Shown piece after piece: positions 35,808 to 48,816 of a stretch of DNA of 64,000 nt. A program made the position numbers and the translations under genes. Every line of letters begins with the position of its first letter. Position 1 is the stretch's first letter. The DNA comes from Gammaproteobacteria bacterium (GTDB taxonomy: Bacteria; Pseudomonadota; Gammaproteobacteria; UBA5335; SLRW01). The DNA lies in NCBI GenBank assembly GCA_035638775.1, contig DASQZJ010000064.1, positions 62,453-126,452 on the forward strand, read 5' to 3'. The notes under the pieces were generated by a model. The model searched no databases and was not told where the DNA came from. It was given only the letters and a program-made list of their open reading frames with translations.

Positions 35808-36752
35808 TCAGTCTCCGGCGAGTACACCTTCCATTGCCGTGAACACGGAGGGACGCTGCGCCACCTTGCCGTCGTCTCCCAGAAGATAGAATCCCCCCAC
35901 CATCATGGTGTCGGGCCCGTGGCGATAGAGCTGGCTGCGGATCACGTAGGGTTGCGCGGGGAAGAACGGCTTGCGGAAAAGCATCCGCGCACGGGTGATC
36001 CGGTGCCCCTTCACGGCCAGGCCACCAGCGTGCAGCTGGCGCGTGTATTGGTTCTCCAGCCCCATGATGTATTCCAGCACGTTCACGTGCTGGTTGATGT
36101 CCGTGTTGGGCATGCCCCAGACGCCCCGGTACGTCTCCCAGCCGCCGGTGTCGACCGGCTCGTGGCCCTCGGGAATCTCCGCGAGCGCCTCGACCGTGGG
36201 CAGCGGCTCCGCCCACGCGTGCTCGCGGAGCCCGTGCAGCGCCTCCGGGACCGTGGTGACCTGGCGTTGTTCGGGCGGACCCGCGGGTCGGGTGATCACG
36301 TGCAGCACCCGTGCCGAACCCGCCTCGACCAGCTCGCTGTCCTCGGTGGCGTATCCGAGGTTGGCGCGGCCGCCGGGCTGCAGCCGCCCGCGAATGCGGG
36401 TACGGGATTCGAACATGAGGCGCTCGACCCCGGTCCCGGCTGGAACCGGGCGACCGTCACGGTCGCTGTGGCTCCGGCAGAGGCGCAGCGTGAAATCGGT
36501 GTGCAGGGAGCGCCCGAAGCTCAGCGGCGCGGGGGTATTGCGGAAGTCGACGAAGTACAGCACGGGGGCGATGCCGACACGCCGCATGCCGGTCATCGGG
36601 AAACGCCGCTCCAGGTCCGCGAACATGGGCGGCATGCAGATCCCGACGAAACCCCGGATGCGCAGCCGGAACGCCATGTCCAGTCGCTCGAAGGTGGTCG
36701 GCACCTTGGCCTGTCCAGTCAGGCTGTCGATCATCTCGCTGCTATCGTTCAT
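35808..36752 (-). CDS. Double hotdog-fold protein, acyl-ACP/acyl-CoA thioesterase-like
   Basis: ORF 35808..36752, 314 aa; C-terminal half has 4HBT-type signature PNTDINQHVNVLEYI; N-terminal half of similar length; stop only 4 nt before ccmA ATG. Confidence 0.55.
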   Translation of the reverse strand: MNDSSEMIDSLTGQAKVPTTFERLDMAFRLRIRGFVGICMPPMFADLERRFPMTGMRRVGIAPVLYFVDFRNTPAPLSFGRSLHTDFTLRLCRSHSDRDGRPVPAGTGVERLMFESRTRIRGRLQPGGRANLGYATEDSELVEAGSARVLHVITRPAGPPEQRQVTTVPEALHGLREHAWAEPLPTVEALAEIPEGHEPVDTGGWETYRGVWGMPNTDINQHVNVLEYIMGLENQYTRQLHAGGLAVKGHRITRARMLFRKPFFPAQPYVIRSQLYRHGPDTMMVGGFYLLGDDGKVAQRPSVFTAMEGVLAGD

Positions 36753-36776
36753 CGCATGCGCCGTCGCCGGCTCCCC

Positions 36777-37190
36777 TTAGCGTTCCCGCACGACCGACTT
36801 GGTCACACGTGCGGTGGCCACCAGCCTGTTGCCCACCCGTGCTTCCGATTCCGCGAACACCAGGCTGCGGCCGCGCCGCAGCACCGATCCGCCCAGCTCC
36901 AGCACTTCGCCGGAGCTCACCCCGCGCATCACCGACACGAACAGGTCGTGGGTGACCGCGTTTTCGCCGTCGTCCAGCAGGGGCAGGATCGACAGGTACG
37001 CGGTGGCGTCCAGCAGAGCGTACACGACCCCGCCGTGCAGCACTTGCTTGTTGTTGAGGCTGCCCGCGCCCACGCTCAGCCGCGTACGCGAACGGCCCTG
37101 CTCCACCGCAATGATTTCCAGACCCAGATGACGGTGCAACGGCACCGCGGCGACCCCTTCGATCGCCGCTTCGAGCTCGCCAGGAGACAA
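36777..37190 (-). CDS. PaaI-family hotdog thioesterase
   Basis: ORF 36777..37190 (TTG start, AAGGGCGAGGA upstream); LHRHLGLEIIAVEQGRSRTRLSV...VLHGGVVYALLDATA typical PaaI/YbgC-type. Confidence 0.8.
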   Translation of the reverse strand: MSPGELEAAIEGVAAVPLHRHLGLEIIAVEQGRSRTRLSVGAGSLNNKQVLHGGVVYALLDATAYLSILPLLDDGENAVTHDLFVSVMRGVSSGEVLELGGSVLRRGRSLVFAESEARVGNRLVATARVTKSVVRER

Positions 37191-37305
37191 ATCCTCGCCC
37201 TTTCGTCCGATGGTCGCCGCGCCCGCGGTCCGGCACGAAGCGGGGAACCTTAAGCTCTCGTCGTGAGCAGGTCAATCGCCTCCGGCCGGGCCGCCTGCGG
37301 GGCGT

Positions 37306-41847
<4,542 letters not shown>

Positions 41848-41859
41848 TCTCGTTACCCG

Positions 41860-42861
41860 TTACCGGCTCGGAAACACCAGGTCGAACCCGGAGATCTCCT
41901 GCCGGGACAGGTTCAATTGAAGATGATCCGCAGTTCGGGTGTTTACCGCAACCCGCAGCGCGGTCAGGGGCTGCATGCCACCGCCCGCATCGGATCCCCC
42001 CTGCTCGAGGCGGCTGAGCGCCAGCCGCGCGAGCTCCCTGCCCATCTGCTGGTTGTCCGGGTACAGCGAGAACAGGACCCCGCGCTGGACATACGACGGG
42101 TTGCTCGAGAACACCACCAGGTCCTTTTCCCAGGCCTTTTCCAGGATCATGGGCAGGACCACGCCGTCGTTGACCGTGACCGTGTCCTGCGGCAGCCAGA
42201 TTGCGTCGCCGCTGTGCGCCCGCCGGTCGAGGATGTCGCGGTAGCGGTGCACTGCCGTGCGCGTGTCCGGGGCCGCCAGGGCGACCAGTTCGAGCCCCTG
42301 ATCGGCGGCCGCCCGGCGCGCGAGCGCGATCAGCGACGCATTGCTGTTCGGGTCGTACACCACGAACACGCGCCGGGTGCGCGGTGAAAGCGCATGCAGC
42401 CGCGCGAACAGCGCCCGTGGAGAGGGCACCAGGCTGATCCCGGTGGGCTTGCCGTCGCCCGGCGTCGGGGGAATCAGTACGGCACCGAACACCGTCGGCA
42501 GATCGGCGCGCAACCGCCGCCCGAGCCGGTAACCGCTGCGGCCCAGCGCGACGATCACCTGCACGTCGTTGCGGTGGGCCCAGCCCGACACCGTGTGGGC
42601 GCCGACATCGTCCGCCAGGCGCAGCGTGACGACCCGCCCGGGCGCGGCGGCGCGGATCCCTCCCAGGATTTCGGTGAAGACGGCGCGATAGGGCTGACTG
42701 ATGTCCGGGTAGATTACGCCCAGCACCGGAGCGGCCTCGGCCGCCGCCGGACGCGGCAGCGGGCAGGCCAGGAGCAGCAGAAACAGCAAGGCCGCCCCGG
42801 CCGGTCCCCGCTTCCGCAGGGCGGCACGCCGTCTCGACGGATGTGGATATCTGTCCGCCAC
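41860..42861 (-). CDS. Periplasmic substrate-binding protein (ABC_sub_bind/BMP-like fold) with no ABC permease or ATPase in the window
   Basis: ORF 41860..42861; signal peptide ALLFLLLLACPLPRPAAAEA; alternating beta-alpha pattern VLGVIYPD..., VIVALG, VFVVYDPNS, LELVALA typical of type I PBPs; 12 nt upstream of sensor start. Confidence 0.65.
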   Translation of the reverse strand: MADRYPHPSRRRAALRKRGPAGAALLFLLLLACPLPRPAAAEAAPVLGVIYPDISQPYRAVFTEILGGIRAAAPGRVVTLRLADDVGAHTVSGWAHRNDVQVIVALGRSGYRLGRRLRADLPTVFGAVLIPPTPGDGKPTGISLVPSPRALFARLHALSPRTRRVFVVYDPNSNASLIALARRAAADQGLELVALAAPDTRTAVHRYRDILDRRAHSGDAIWLPQDTVTVNDGVVLPMILEKAWEKDLVVFSSNPSYVQRGVLFSLYPDNQQMGRELARLALSRLEQGGSDAGGGMQPLTALRVAVNTRTADHLQLNLSRQEISGFDLVFPSR

Positions 42862-42875
42862 ACCTCCCCCGGGTG

Positions 42876-44984
42876 CTAGAAGTTCCAGTCCAGCGCGACG
42901 TAGAAGTTCCGTCCCGGCAGCGGCAGATCGCCGGGCAGATTCACGTTCGAGCCGGTGGACAGGAGACTGGGCTCCTTCGCGCCCTGGTTGAGCACGTTGC
43001 GAACCGACCCGGCCAGCTCCAGGCCGCTGTTTCCCAGTGCATGGCGCAGGGTGAAGTCGACCCAGGTGTAGGAACCCAGGGGCGGCCGCGGATCACCGGG
43101 CGAGCGGTACCGCCGCCCCACCCAGTCGATCGTCAGGTCGGCGTTCCACTCCGGCCGGAACTGCCAGTCGCTGCGGATGTAGACCTCGTTCACCGGCGCA
43201 TTGCCCACCCGATGGTGGATGCGCTCGTCGGTGGCGTGCTGGTAGGCGTAGTTGGCGCGGAGCGTGTAGCTGTCGAGCGGCTGCCATTCGATCTCGGTCT
43301 CCATCCCGTACCCGTCCTGTCCGCCGGTGTTCTGGGCCCGCCTGGCGATGGGAGACGACGGGTCGTTCACGAAGCGGATCAGGTCGTGCATCCGGTAGTA
43401 GAACAGGTTCAGGCCGCCGCGAAGGCTCGCCGAGTACTGGTAGTCGAAAGCGGTCTCGTAGGTGTCGATGGTCTCGGGATTGAGGTTCGGATTGCCGAGA
43501 GCGATCGGATTGTTGATGTTGTACTGCTCGGCGAAGGACGGCGCCCGGAACGCGCGCCCGTACAGGAATTTGGTGGTCAGGTTGTAGCGTGTCTGCCATA
43601 CGAGGGCCAGGCGCGGATTCACCGTCTTGCCCCAGTCCGTATAGTGGTCGTAGCGCACCCCGGCGGTCAGGTCCCAGTCCCGCGCGAACCCCCACTCGTC
43701 CTGCAGGAACAGGTAGCTCACGTAGCGGTCATGGGGCCGGATGAACGGGTCGGTATTGGTGACGTCGACCAGCCCGCCCGGCAGCGGAACCGGGAAGCCG
43801 CCCGGGTCGAGCGTGTAGTTCTTGCGCTCGGTCGCACGGTAGAGGTTCTCGTGGCTGACGCCGCTGCCGATGCGCCAGGTCTGCCCGGGCCATCCCGAGT
43901 ACAGGCCCACGACGTCCAGGCGGGTATGGCGCTCGTACACGTGGGGATCGCCGATCACGCCATTCGGGAAGGTCTGCCCGTTGGGGAAGGTGGCTCCGGG
44001 GGGGAACAGCACCAGGTCGGTCCGGTTGGCCACCTGGAAATAGCTGACCTGGGTCTTGAGCCCCCAGTTTCGGGTAAGCGCGGGATCATGCCAGGTCAGG
44101 TCGGCGTCGTAGCGGTCGCTGCTGGCCTTGCCGGCGGGGTCGAGGGCTTCGTTGCCGCCGGCGCCGACGCCCTGGTCGCGGCTGCCGAGGTACCCCATGC
44201 GCAGCCGCCAGTGATCCAGCTTGAAGTCGAGGCGCGCCTCGCCCCGCCGCTTGCCGAGGTTCACCGACCCGGGCGCCAGCGATGCGCTCGTACCCATGAG
44301 GCGGTCAAGCGCGGTCTGGGCGTCGCGGCGGATGGTCGGGTGCGGTCCGCGCGTGTGCAGCAGGTCGACGCTGGCCGCGTAGTGGACCGGCCCCAGCCAG
44401 CCGGAGTGCAGGCCCCAGCCTTCCTCGGTGCCGTAGGAGCCCGCCCTGGCGCCGGTCTCGGTGCCGTGGATGTCGTCAGGGCCGCGCGTGATCACGTTGA
44501 TCACGCCGGCGTAGGCATCGGCTCCGTAGAGCGCCGACCCCGGGCCCCGGATCACCTCGATGCGCTGGATGTCGTGCACCGGCAGCCCGGGCCAGACCTG
44601 GCCGCGGTTGCCCAGGAAGGCGTTGGTGATCGGGATGCCGTTGATCAGAACCAGCACCCGGGGGTTGAACTCCGAGGTGATCCCGCGGATCTGGATGATC
44701 GGGATGTAGCCGGCGGAGGACACCGACACGTGCACGCCCGGCACTGCTTCCAGCGCCTCGGCCAGGTTGGTGGCCCCGGTCCTGAGGATGTCCTGCCGGG
44801 TGATCACGCTGGCGACCGCCGGGGCCTGGGAAATCGGCTGGCGGGTCCCGGTGGCGATGCTGACGAATTGCTGGTTGCCGTAGGACAGCGACAGGTCGCT
44901 CTCCGCCGGCCCCTTCGCGAACAGGAAGCCACTGTGCCCCGCGAGCAGCAGCCCGAGGGCTGCGGCGCAGAATCTTCTTGTCAT
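42876..44984 (-). CDS. TonB-dependent outer-membrane receptor
   Basis: ORF 42876..44984; signal peptide, plug domain VITRQDILRTGATNLAEALEAVPGVHV...IQIRG, beta-barrel ending in terminal Phe (ALDWNF). Confidence 0.9.
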   Translation of the reverse strand: MTRRFCAAALGLLLAGHSGFLFAKGPAESDLSLSYGNQQFVSIATGTRQPISQAPAVASVITRQDILRTGATNLAEALEAVPGVHVSVSSAGYIPIIQIRGITSEFNPRVLVLINGIPITNAFLGNRGQVWPGLPVHDIQRIEVIRGPGSALYGADAYAGVINVITRGPDDIHGTETGARAGSYGTEEGWGLHSGWLGPVHYAASVDLLHTRGPHPTIRRDAQTALDRLMGTSASLAPGSVNLGKRRGEARLDFKLDHWRLRMGYLGSRDQGVGAGGNEALDPAGKASSDRYDADLTWHDPALTRNWGLKTQVSYFQVANRTDLVLFPPGATFPNGQTFPNGVIGDPHVYERHTRLDVVGLYSGWPGQTWRIGSGVSHENLYRATERKNYTLDPGGFPVPLPGGLVDVTNTDPFIRPHDRYVSYLFLQDEWGFARDWDLTAGVRYDHYTDWGKTVNPRLALVWQTRYNLTTKFLYGRAFRAPSFAEQYNINNPIALGNPNLNPETIDTYETAFDYQYSASLRGGLNLFYYRMHDLIRFVNDPSSPIARRAQNTGGQDGYGMETEIEWQPLDSYTLRANYAYQHATDERIHHRVGNAPVNEVYIRSDWQFRPEWNADLTIDWVGRRYRSPGDPRPPLGSYTWVDFTLRHALGNSGLELAGSVRNVLNQGAKEPSLLSTGSNVNLPGDLPLPGRNFYVALDWNF

Positions 44985-45062
44985 GTGTCGCTCCGCCGGC
45001 CATCTGCCCTGCCCGGCCCGGGCGGCATGACCGGACTCCCCCTTTGTCCCGCCGGAACCCGA

Positions 45063-45866
45063 CTATTCCCAGCGTCTCGGTTCCGGCCCGTCGTATTCGA
45101 CCCGGGCACAGCGCAGGGGGAAGAAGCTCCCCTCCTCCTTGCGCGAGGCCTCGATGAAGCAGGGCCACATCCCCGCGAGAAACACCGGATAGGTGAACGC
45201 GTAGTACTCCCGCGGGCTCATGCCCATGTCCGCGCAGAGCGCCGCGGCGAGTCCGGCGTAGTTCATCTTCATGCGCCAGCGTCCCTGCTGCAGAGCCTCC
45301 TCGATCTCGAATGCCAGCCGCACGAACGGGCCACGATCGAAACCCAGCTCCCGCGCGACCTCCATGACGTGCGGGATCCGCTCATCGACGTTGGTCACCG
45401 GGCGTCCGTAGCCGGACAGGCCGCGGTAACGCCGGAGCTCGTCGCGGACGATGTCGCCCGGGTCCTCGCCCTGCTCCCGGCGCCGGCGCGCGCGACGCAG
45501 GAAGTCCATGGTCCGGATGTCGGGTCGGCGGCCGAAGATGCTGGCTTCCGAGACGGCCATCGCGGCACTGATGCCCAGATTGCCGGTCGTTCGCGCGGTA
45601 CCGGCCAGCGAAGCGACACGGTTGTTCCAGATGCGCGGCTCCGGGAAGCTGGTCGCGACCCACATGGCGTTCATCATGCGCAGCGTGCGCTCGTCGTAGC
45701 GTCGGCCGGTGATCCCGTAGGTGTACACCTCGATCCAGGACGAGCGCAGCAGGTCGCGGTGCAGGTCGTGCTCGCGGAAGAACACGCGCTTGCCCGGGAC
45801 CCATTCCCCCATCTCCGTTTCCCAGCGGTCCTCGAACCGCTCCAGGGACCTCCCGCCCGCGCTCAT
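45063..45866 (-). CDS. Citrate synthase/citryl-CoA lyase-fold protein, copy B (267 aa), catalytic residues apparently substituted
   Basis: Last 267 codons of ORF 45063..46430, start ATG 45866 (MSAGGRS); CS-fold landmarks RVFFREHDL, YTYGITGRRYDE, SGYGRPVTNVDERIP (GYGH to GYGR), KMNYAGLAAAL (NVDxxSG position), FLAGMWPCFIEA. Confidence 0.6.
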   Translation of the reverse strand: MSAGGRSLERFEDRWETEMGEWVPGKRVFFREHDLHRDLLRSSWIEVYTYGITGRRYDERTLRMMNAMWVATSFPEPRIWNNRVASLAGTARTTGNLGISAAMAVSEASIFGRRPDIRTMDFLRRARRRREQGEDPGDIVRDELRRYRGLSGYGRPVTNVDERIPHVMEVARELGFDRGPFVRLAFEIEEALQQGRWRMKMNYAGLAAALCADMGMSPREYYAFTYPVFLAGMWPCFIEASRKEEGSFFPLRCARVEYDGPEPRRWE

Positions 45867-45873
45867 CGCCGCC

Positions 45874-46692
45874 TCACTCCTCCTGCTGTCCGGATTGCCC
45901 GGCCCGGTGTACCTGGCCGTGGAAGAACGGATAACGCCGATAGGTTCCACCTGCCTGCTCGAGGGCATGGGCGGCGGCCCCGGGCAGGCGCAGCAACAGG
46001 TAGAGCATCTCGCCCGCGGCCGGGTCGAATCCCAGCTCCAGCAGCGCGGCCGCGGCCACGCCCGGCACCGCGAGCACGGCGCCGACGCGCCGCTCCATCT
46101 CCTCGCGGTTGCGCTGCAGCCATGCCAGCCAGCCGTGCGCGTCGCCCGCGGTGTCGACGAGACAGGCCAGCAGCTGTTGTACCGGCAGACCGCAACGCGC
46201 CGCGTGCGGGTCGAAGCCGGCGGGATGCTCCATGGACAGCCAGATGTCCGCGCGCCCGTCCTCGCCCGTGTCCCCGTCCGGAGCGGCCGCCCACGCGTCC
46301 AGCCGGCCCTCGCTGGCCAGCATGCCGCACATCGCCCGGTAGACCTCGTGACCGCCGCCGAACTGGCCCGCTCCGACGGCCAGCGCTGCCGACAGCATGG
46401 CGGCCGCCGGCGTGCGCGCGACGCCCGCATTCATGGCGGCGCGCACCGAGGGGTCCCGCGGCCCCGGGTTGGCCAGCCCGATCGCCAGCCGCTCCAGCAG
46501 GCGGGCCTGCGCCGCCGCCGGGCGTTCGCCGCGGAGCAGCAGGAACAGGTACTCGCTCCAGCCGGCGCGCGGCAGGATCTCGCCGTAGACGTCATAGCCC
46601 CGGCACAGGCAGCGCTCGGCGACGAACGGGTCGGCCGGGTCGGCGTCCTCGCGCCAGATTCCGGTATGGATCCGTTCCGCCCGGTCGGTCAT
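45874..46692 (-). CDS. Citrate synthase/citryl-CoA lyase-fold protein, copy A (272 aa), catalytic residues apparently missing
   Basis: Last 272 codons of ORF 45874..47082, start ATG 46692 in ATGA overlap with ThDP-enzyme stop; CRGYDVYGEIL, EYLFLLLRGERP, LRLPGAAAHALEQ landmarks; HADHE position reads LANPGPRD. Confidence 0.6.
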   Translation of the reverse strand: MTDRAERIHTGIWREDADPADPFVAERCLCRGYDVYGEILPRAGWSEYLFLLLRGERPAAAQARLLERLAIGLANPGPRDPSVRAAMNAGVARTPAAAMLSAALAVGAGQFGGGHEVYRAMCGMLASEGRLDAWAAAPDGDTGEDGRADIWLSMEHPAGFDPHAARCGLPVQQLLACLVDTAGDAHGWLAWLQRNREEMERRVGAVLAVPGVAAAALLELGFDPAAGEMLYLLLRLPGAAAHALEQAGGTYRRYPFFHGQVHRAGQSGQQEE

Positions 46693-48485
46693 CGGGAGTC
46701 CCTCAGTACTTTCATGCGTGTTCCCATCGGCGGGACCTGCTCGCCGTCGACCCGCACATCCAGCACGGTCGGTCCGCGGTGCCGGCAGATCGCCTCGATG
46801 TCCAGCGCCTCGAACTCCGCCGGCGTGCTCACCCGGTAACCGCAGGCACCCATGGCCTGCGCGATCGCCGCGAAGTCGACCGCCGGCAGACGGTACCCGA
46901 TCCGTTCGGCTCCGCCCAGGCGCTGACCGTGCTTGACCATGCCGAGCGCGCTGTCGTTGAGAATCACGAAGACCAACGGCAGGCCGTGCTCCACTGCCAC
47001 GGTGAGCTCCTGGCCCGACATCAGCACGCTGCCGTCTCCGGTGACGCATACCACCGGGCCGTCCCGGTAGGCCAGGGAGCATCCGACCGCAACGCCGATG
47101 GCCCAGCCCATCGAGGCGAACTTGACGCAGGCCCGGAACACGCCGCCGCCGATCGAACGGGGCCCGGCGATGCGCCGGTCCGGCGGCTCGAGGTAGTGGG
47201 TCACCCAGGCCACGCTGTTGCCGGTATCGGCGAAATACTTGGTGCTCGGCGGAAACGCGCGCGCCAGGCAGTTCATCAGATACTGCGGCGTGATCGGGGT
47301 CGACGGCCGGCCGAACGCGGCCTCGTCGTCGAAGCGGAAGGCCCGCTCGCCCGTGCGCAGGTTCTCACGAGCCCGGGCCAGATGGCGATCGCGTCGCCGG
47401 CGTCCGGCGTCGGTTTCGAAGCGCTCGATCAGCGATGCGAAGATGCGGTCGAAGCTGCCCGCCACGTGCAGACGCGCCATGGGCGAGCGGGTGAGGTTGG
47501 ACGCGGTGTACTCCACGTGCACCAGGTGGCTGGTGAGTATCGCCTCCCCGTCCCAGCCGCCGGTGCTCCACTCGGACAGGTCGGTCCCGACCGCGACCAC
47601 CAGGTCGACGCGGGGATCCTGAAGCGTGGCGTGCGCCTCGGCATGCCCGGCGAACCCGATCACGCCACGGAACAGGGGGTGCCACGGGCTCACCAGGCCC
47701 TTGCCGTCCGGCGTGGTCACGACCGGCGCATCGAGCAGCATGGCCAGGTCGAGGATTGCCGCGGCCGCCTCGTGGCATTCGTCGCCGATCACGAACACCG
47801 GCCGGTGCGCGCGTCCGATCTCCTCCGCCAGCGCCGCCAGCGCCGGCTCGTCGACGAACTCGCGCGGTCGCAGCAGGGACTCGAGGTCGTAGCTCGGGGC
47901 CTGCCCGCGTACCGGGCCGCGCAGCACGTCCAGGGGGATGCTCAGATGGGCCGGGCCGGAAGGGGCGTGGACCGCCGTCATGATGGCGCTGACGAGCTTC
48001 TGCTCGAGCTGGTCCTGGTGGGACACGAGGGAATTGTACCGGGTGCAGTTGGCGTAAATCCCGACCGTGTTGATGCCGGTGCAGGAGGATTCCTGGAACG
48101 CGCCCTTGCCGAACGTGGCGAGCGGCGTCTGCCCGGTAATCGCGAGCAGTGCCACGTGGTTGTCGTGGGCGCTGGCAACGCCGGTGACCATGTTGGTCGA
48201 GCCCGGGCCGGTGGTCGCGCAGCAGACCCCCAGCCGACCCGTCTGCCGCGCATACCCCTCCGCCATGAACGCGGCCCCGGTCTCGTGGCGGGCGACCACC
48301 ACCCGCGGCCCGCCGCGTCGGGCGCTGCGCGCCAGCGCATCGAACAGTGGCTCGATCGCGCCCCCAGGCACACCGAACACGTAGTCCACGCCGATGCGTT
48401 CGAGGTAGCGTACGATCAGGTCGGCCGCGACCTGTTCCCGGACCGGGATTCGGTGTTCCCGCCCGTCAGTGACGACGGAAGCCAT
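46689..48485 (-). CDS. Thiamine-diphosphate enzyme of the acetolactate synthase large-subunit family
   Basis: ORF 46689..48596, start moved to ATG 48485 (MASVVTDG); GVDYVFGVPGGAIEPLFDAL, ARHETGAAFMAEGYAR, CCATTGPGSTN, ThDP motif GDGSVLMSGQELTVAVEHGLPLVFVILND. Confidence 0.88.
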   Translation of the reverse strand: MASVVTDGREHRIPVREQVAADLIVRYLERIGVDYVFGVPGGAIEPLFDALARSARRGGPRVVVARHETGAAFMAEGYARQTGRLGVCCATTGPGSTNMVTGVASAHDNHVALLAITGQTPLATFGKGAFQESSCTGINTVGIYANCTRYNSLVSHQDQLEQKLVSAIMTAVHAPSGPAHLSIPLDVLRGPVRGQAPSYDLESLLRPREFVDEPALAALAEEIGRAHRPVFVIGDECHEAAAAILDLAMLLDAPVVTTPDGKGLVSPWHPLFRGVIGFAGHAEAHATLQDPRVDLVVAVGTDLSEWSTGGWDGEAILTSHLVHVEYTASNLTRSPMARLHVAGSFDRIFASLIERFETDAGRRRRDRHLARARENLRTGERAFRFDDEAAFGRPSTPITPQYLMNCLARAFPPSTKYFADTGNSVAWVTHYLEPPDRRIAGPRSIGGGVFRACVKFASMGWAIGVAVGCSLAYRDGPVVCVTGDGSVLMSGQELTVAVEHGLPLVFVILNDSALGMVKHGQRLGGAERIGYRLPAVDFAAIAQAMGACGYRVSTPAEFEALDIEAICRHRGPTVLDVRVDGEQVPPMGTRMKVLRDSR

Positions 48486-48555
48486 GCGCACCCCCCCTGG
48501 CCGGCGGACCGGGAGACCGTCCCGGCGGTGCCGGACCGTCTCCCCCATTGCTTGT

Positions 48556-48567
48556 GCAAGGCCTTGC
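48556..48567. repeat. Perfect 12-bp palindrome GCAAGGCCTTGC upstream of the ThDP-enzyme gene
   Basis: Read directly; 71-82 nt upstream of ATG 48485; possible operator or leader hairpin. Confidence 0.3.
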
Positions 48568-48656
48568 GCGTGCCCGGTTCCTGCCGGGCTGCTCACGCAT
48601 CCACGGCCCCGTCGTCACCCGGTCGCACCCGCGCGCCGCTCCGCGCATCTCAAGGC

Positions 48657-48683
48657 TCCATGCTACGTTTGAGTTCCATGCTA
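48657..48683. repeat. Direct repeat TCCATGCTA x2 in 18-bp register
   Basis: 48657-48665 and 48675-48683, inside the only AT-rich patch of the 330-bp region between the FNR-like gene and the ThDP-enzyme gene. Confidence 0.3.
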
Positions 48684-48816
48684 ACAGGCTGCGCGCGTTC
48701 GTCCAGCCGCCCGCGCCCGGATGCGCTCCCCGGACCGGCGCCGGCGCGGCGTCGGTCCGGGCCGACAGCGGGCCGGGATGGCGGTTGCCGGGGATCCTGC
48801 GGGACCGGGGCAGGCT

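Noticed and set aside
45063-45095. C-terminal ...DGPEPRRWE of the CS-fold protein, considered as a possible PEP-CTERM sorting signal
   Set aside because: No hydrophobic helix or Arg-rich tail follows the PEP, and the protein has no signal peptide. I regard the match as coincidental.
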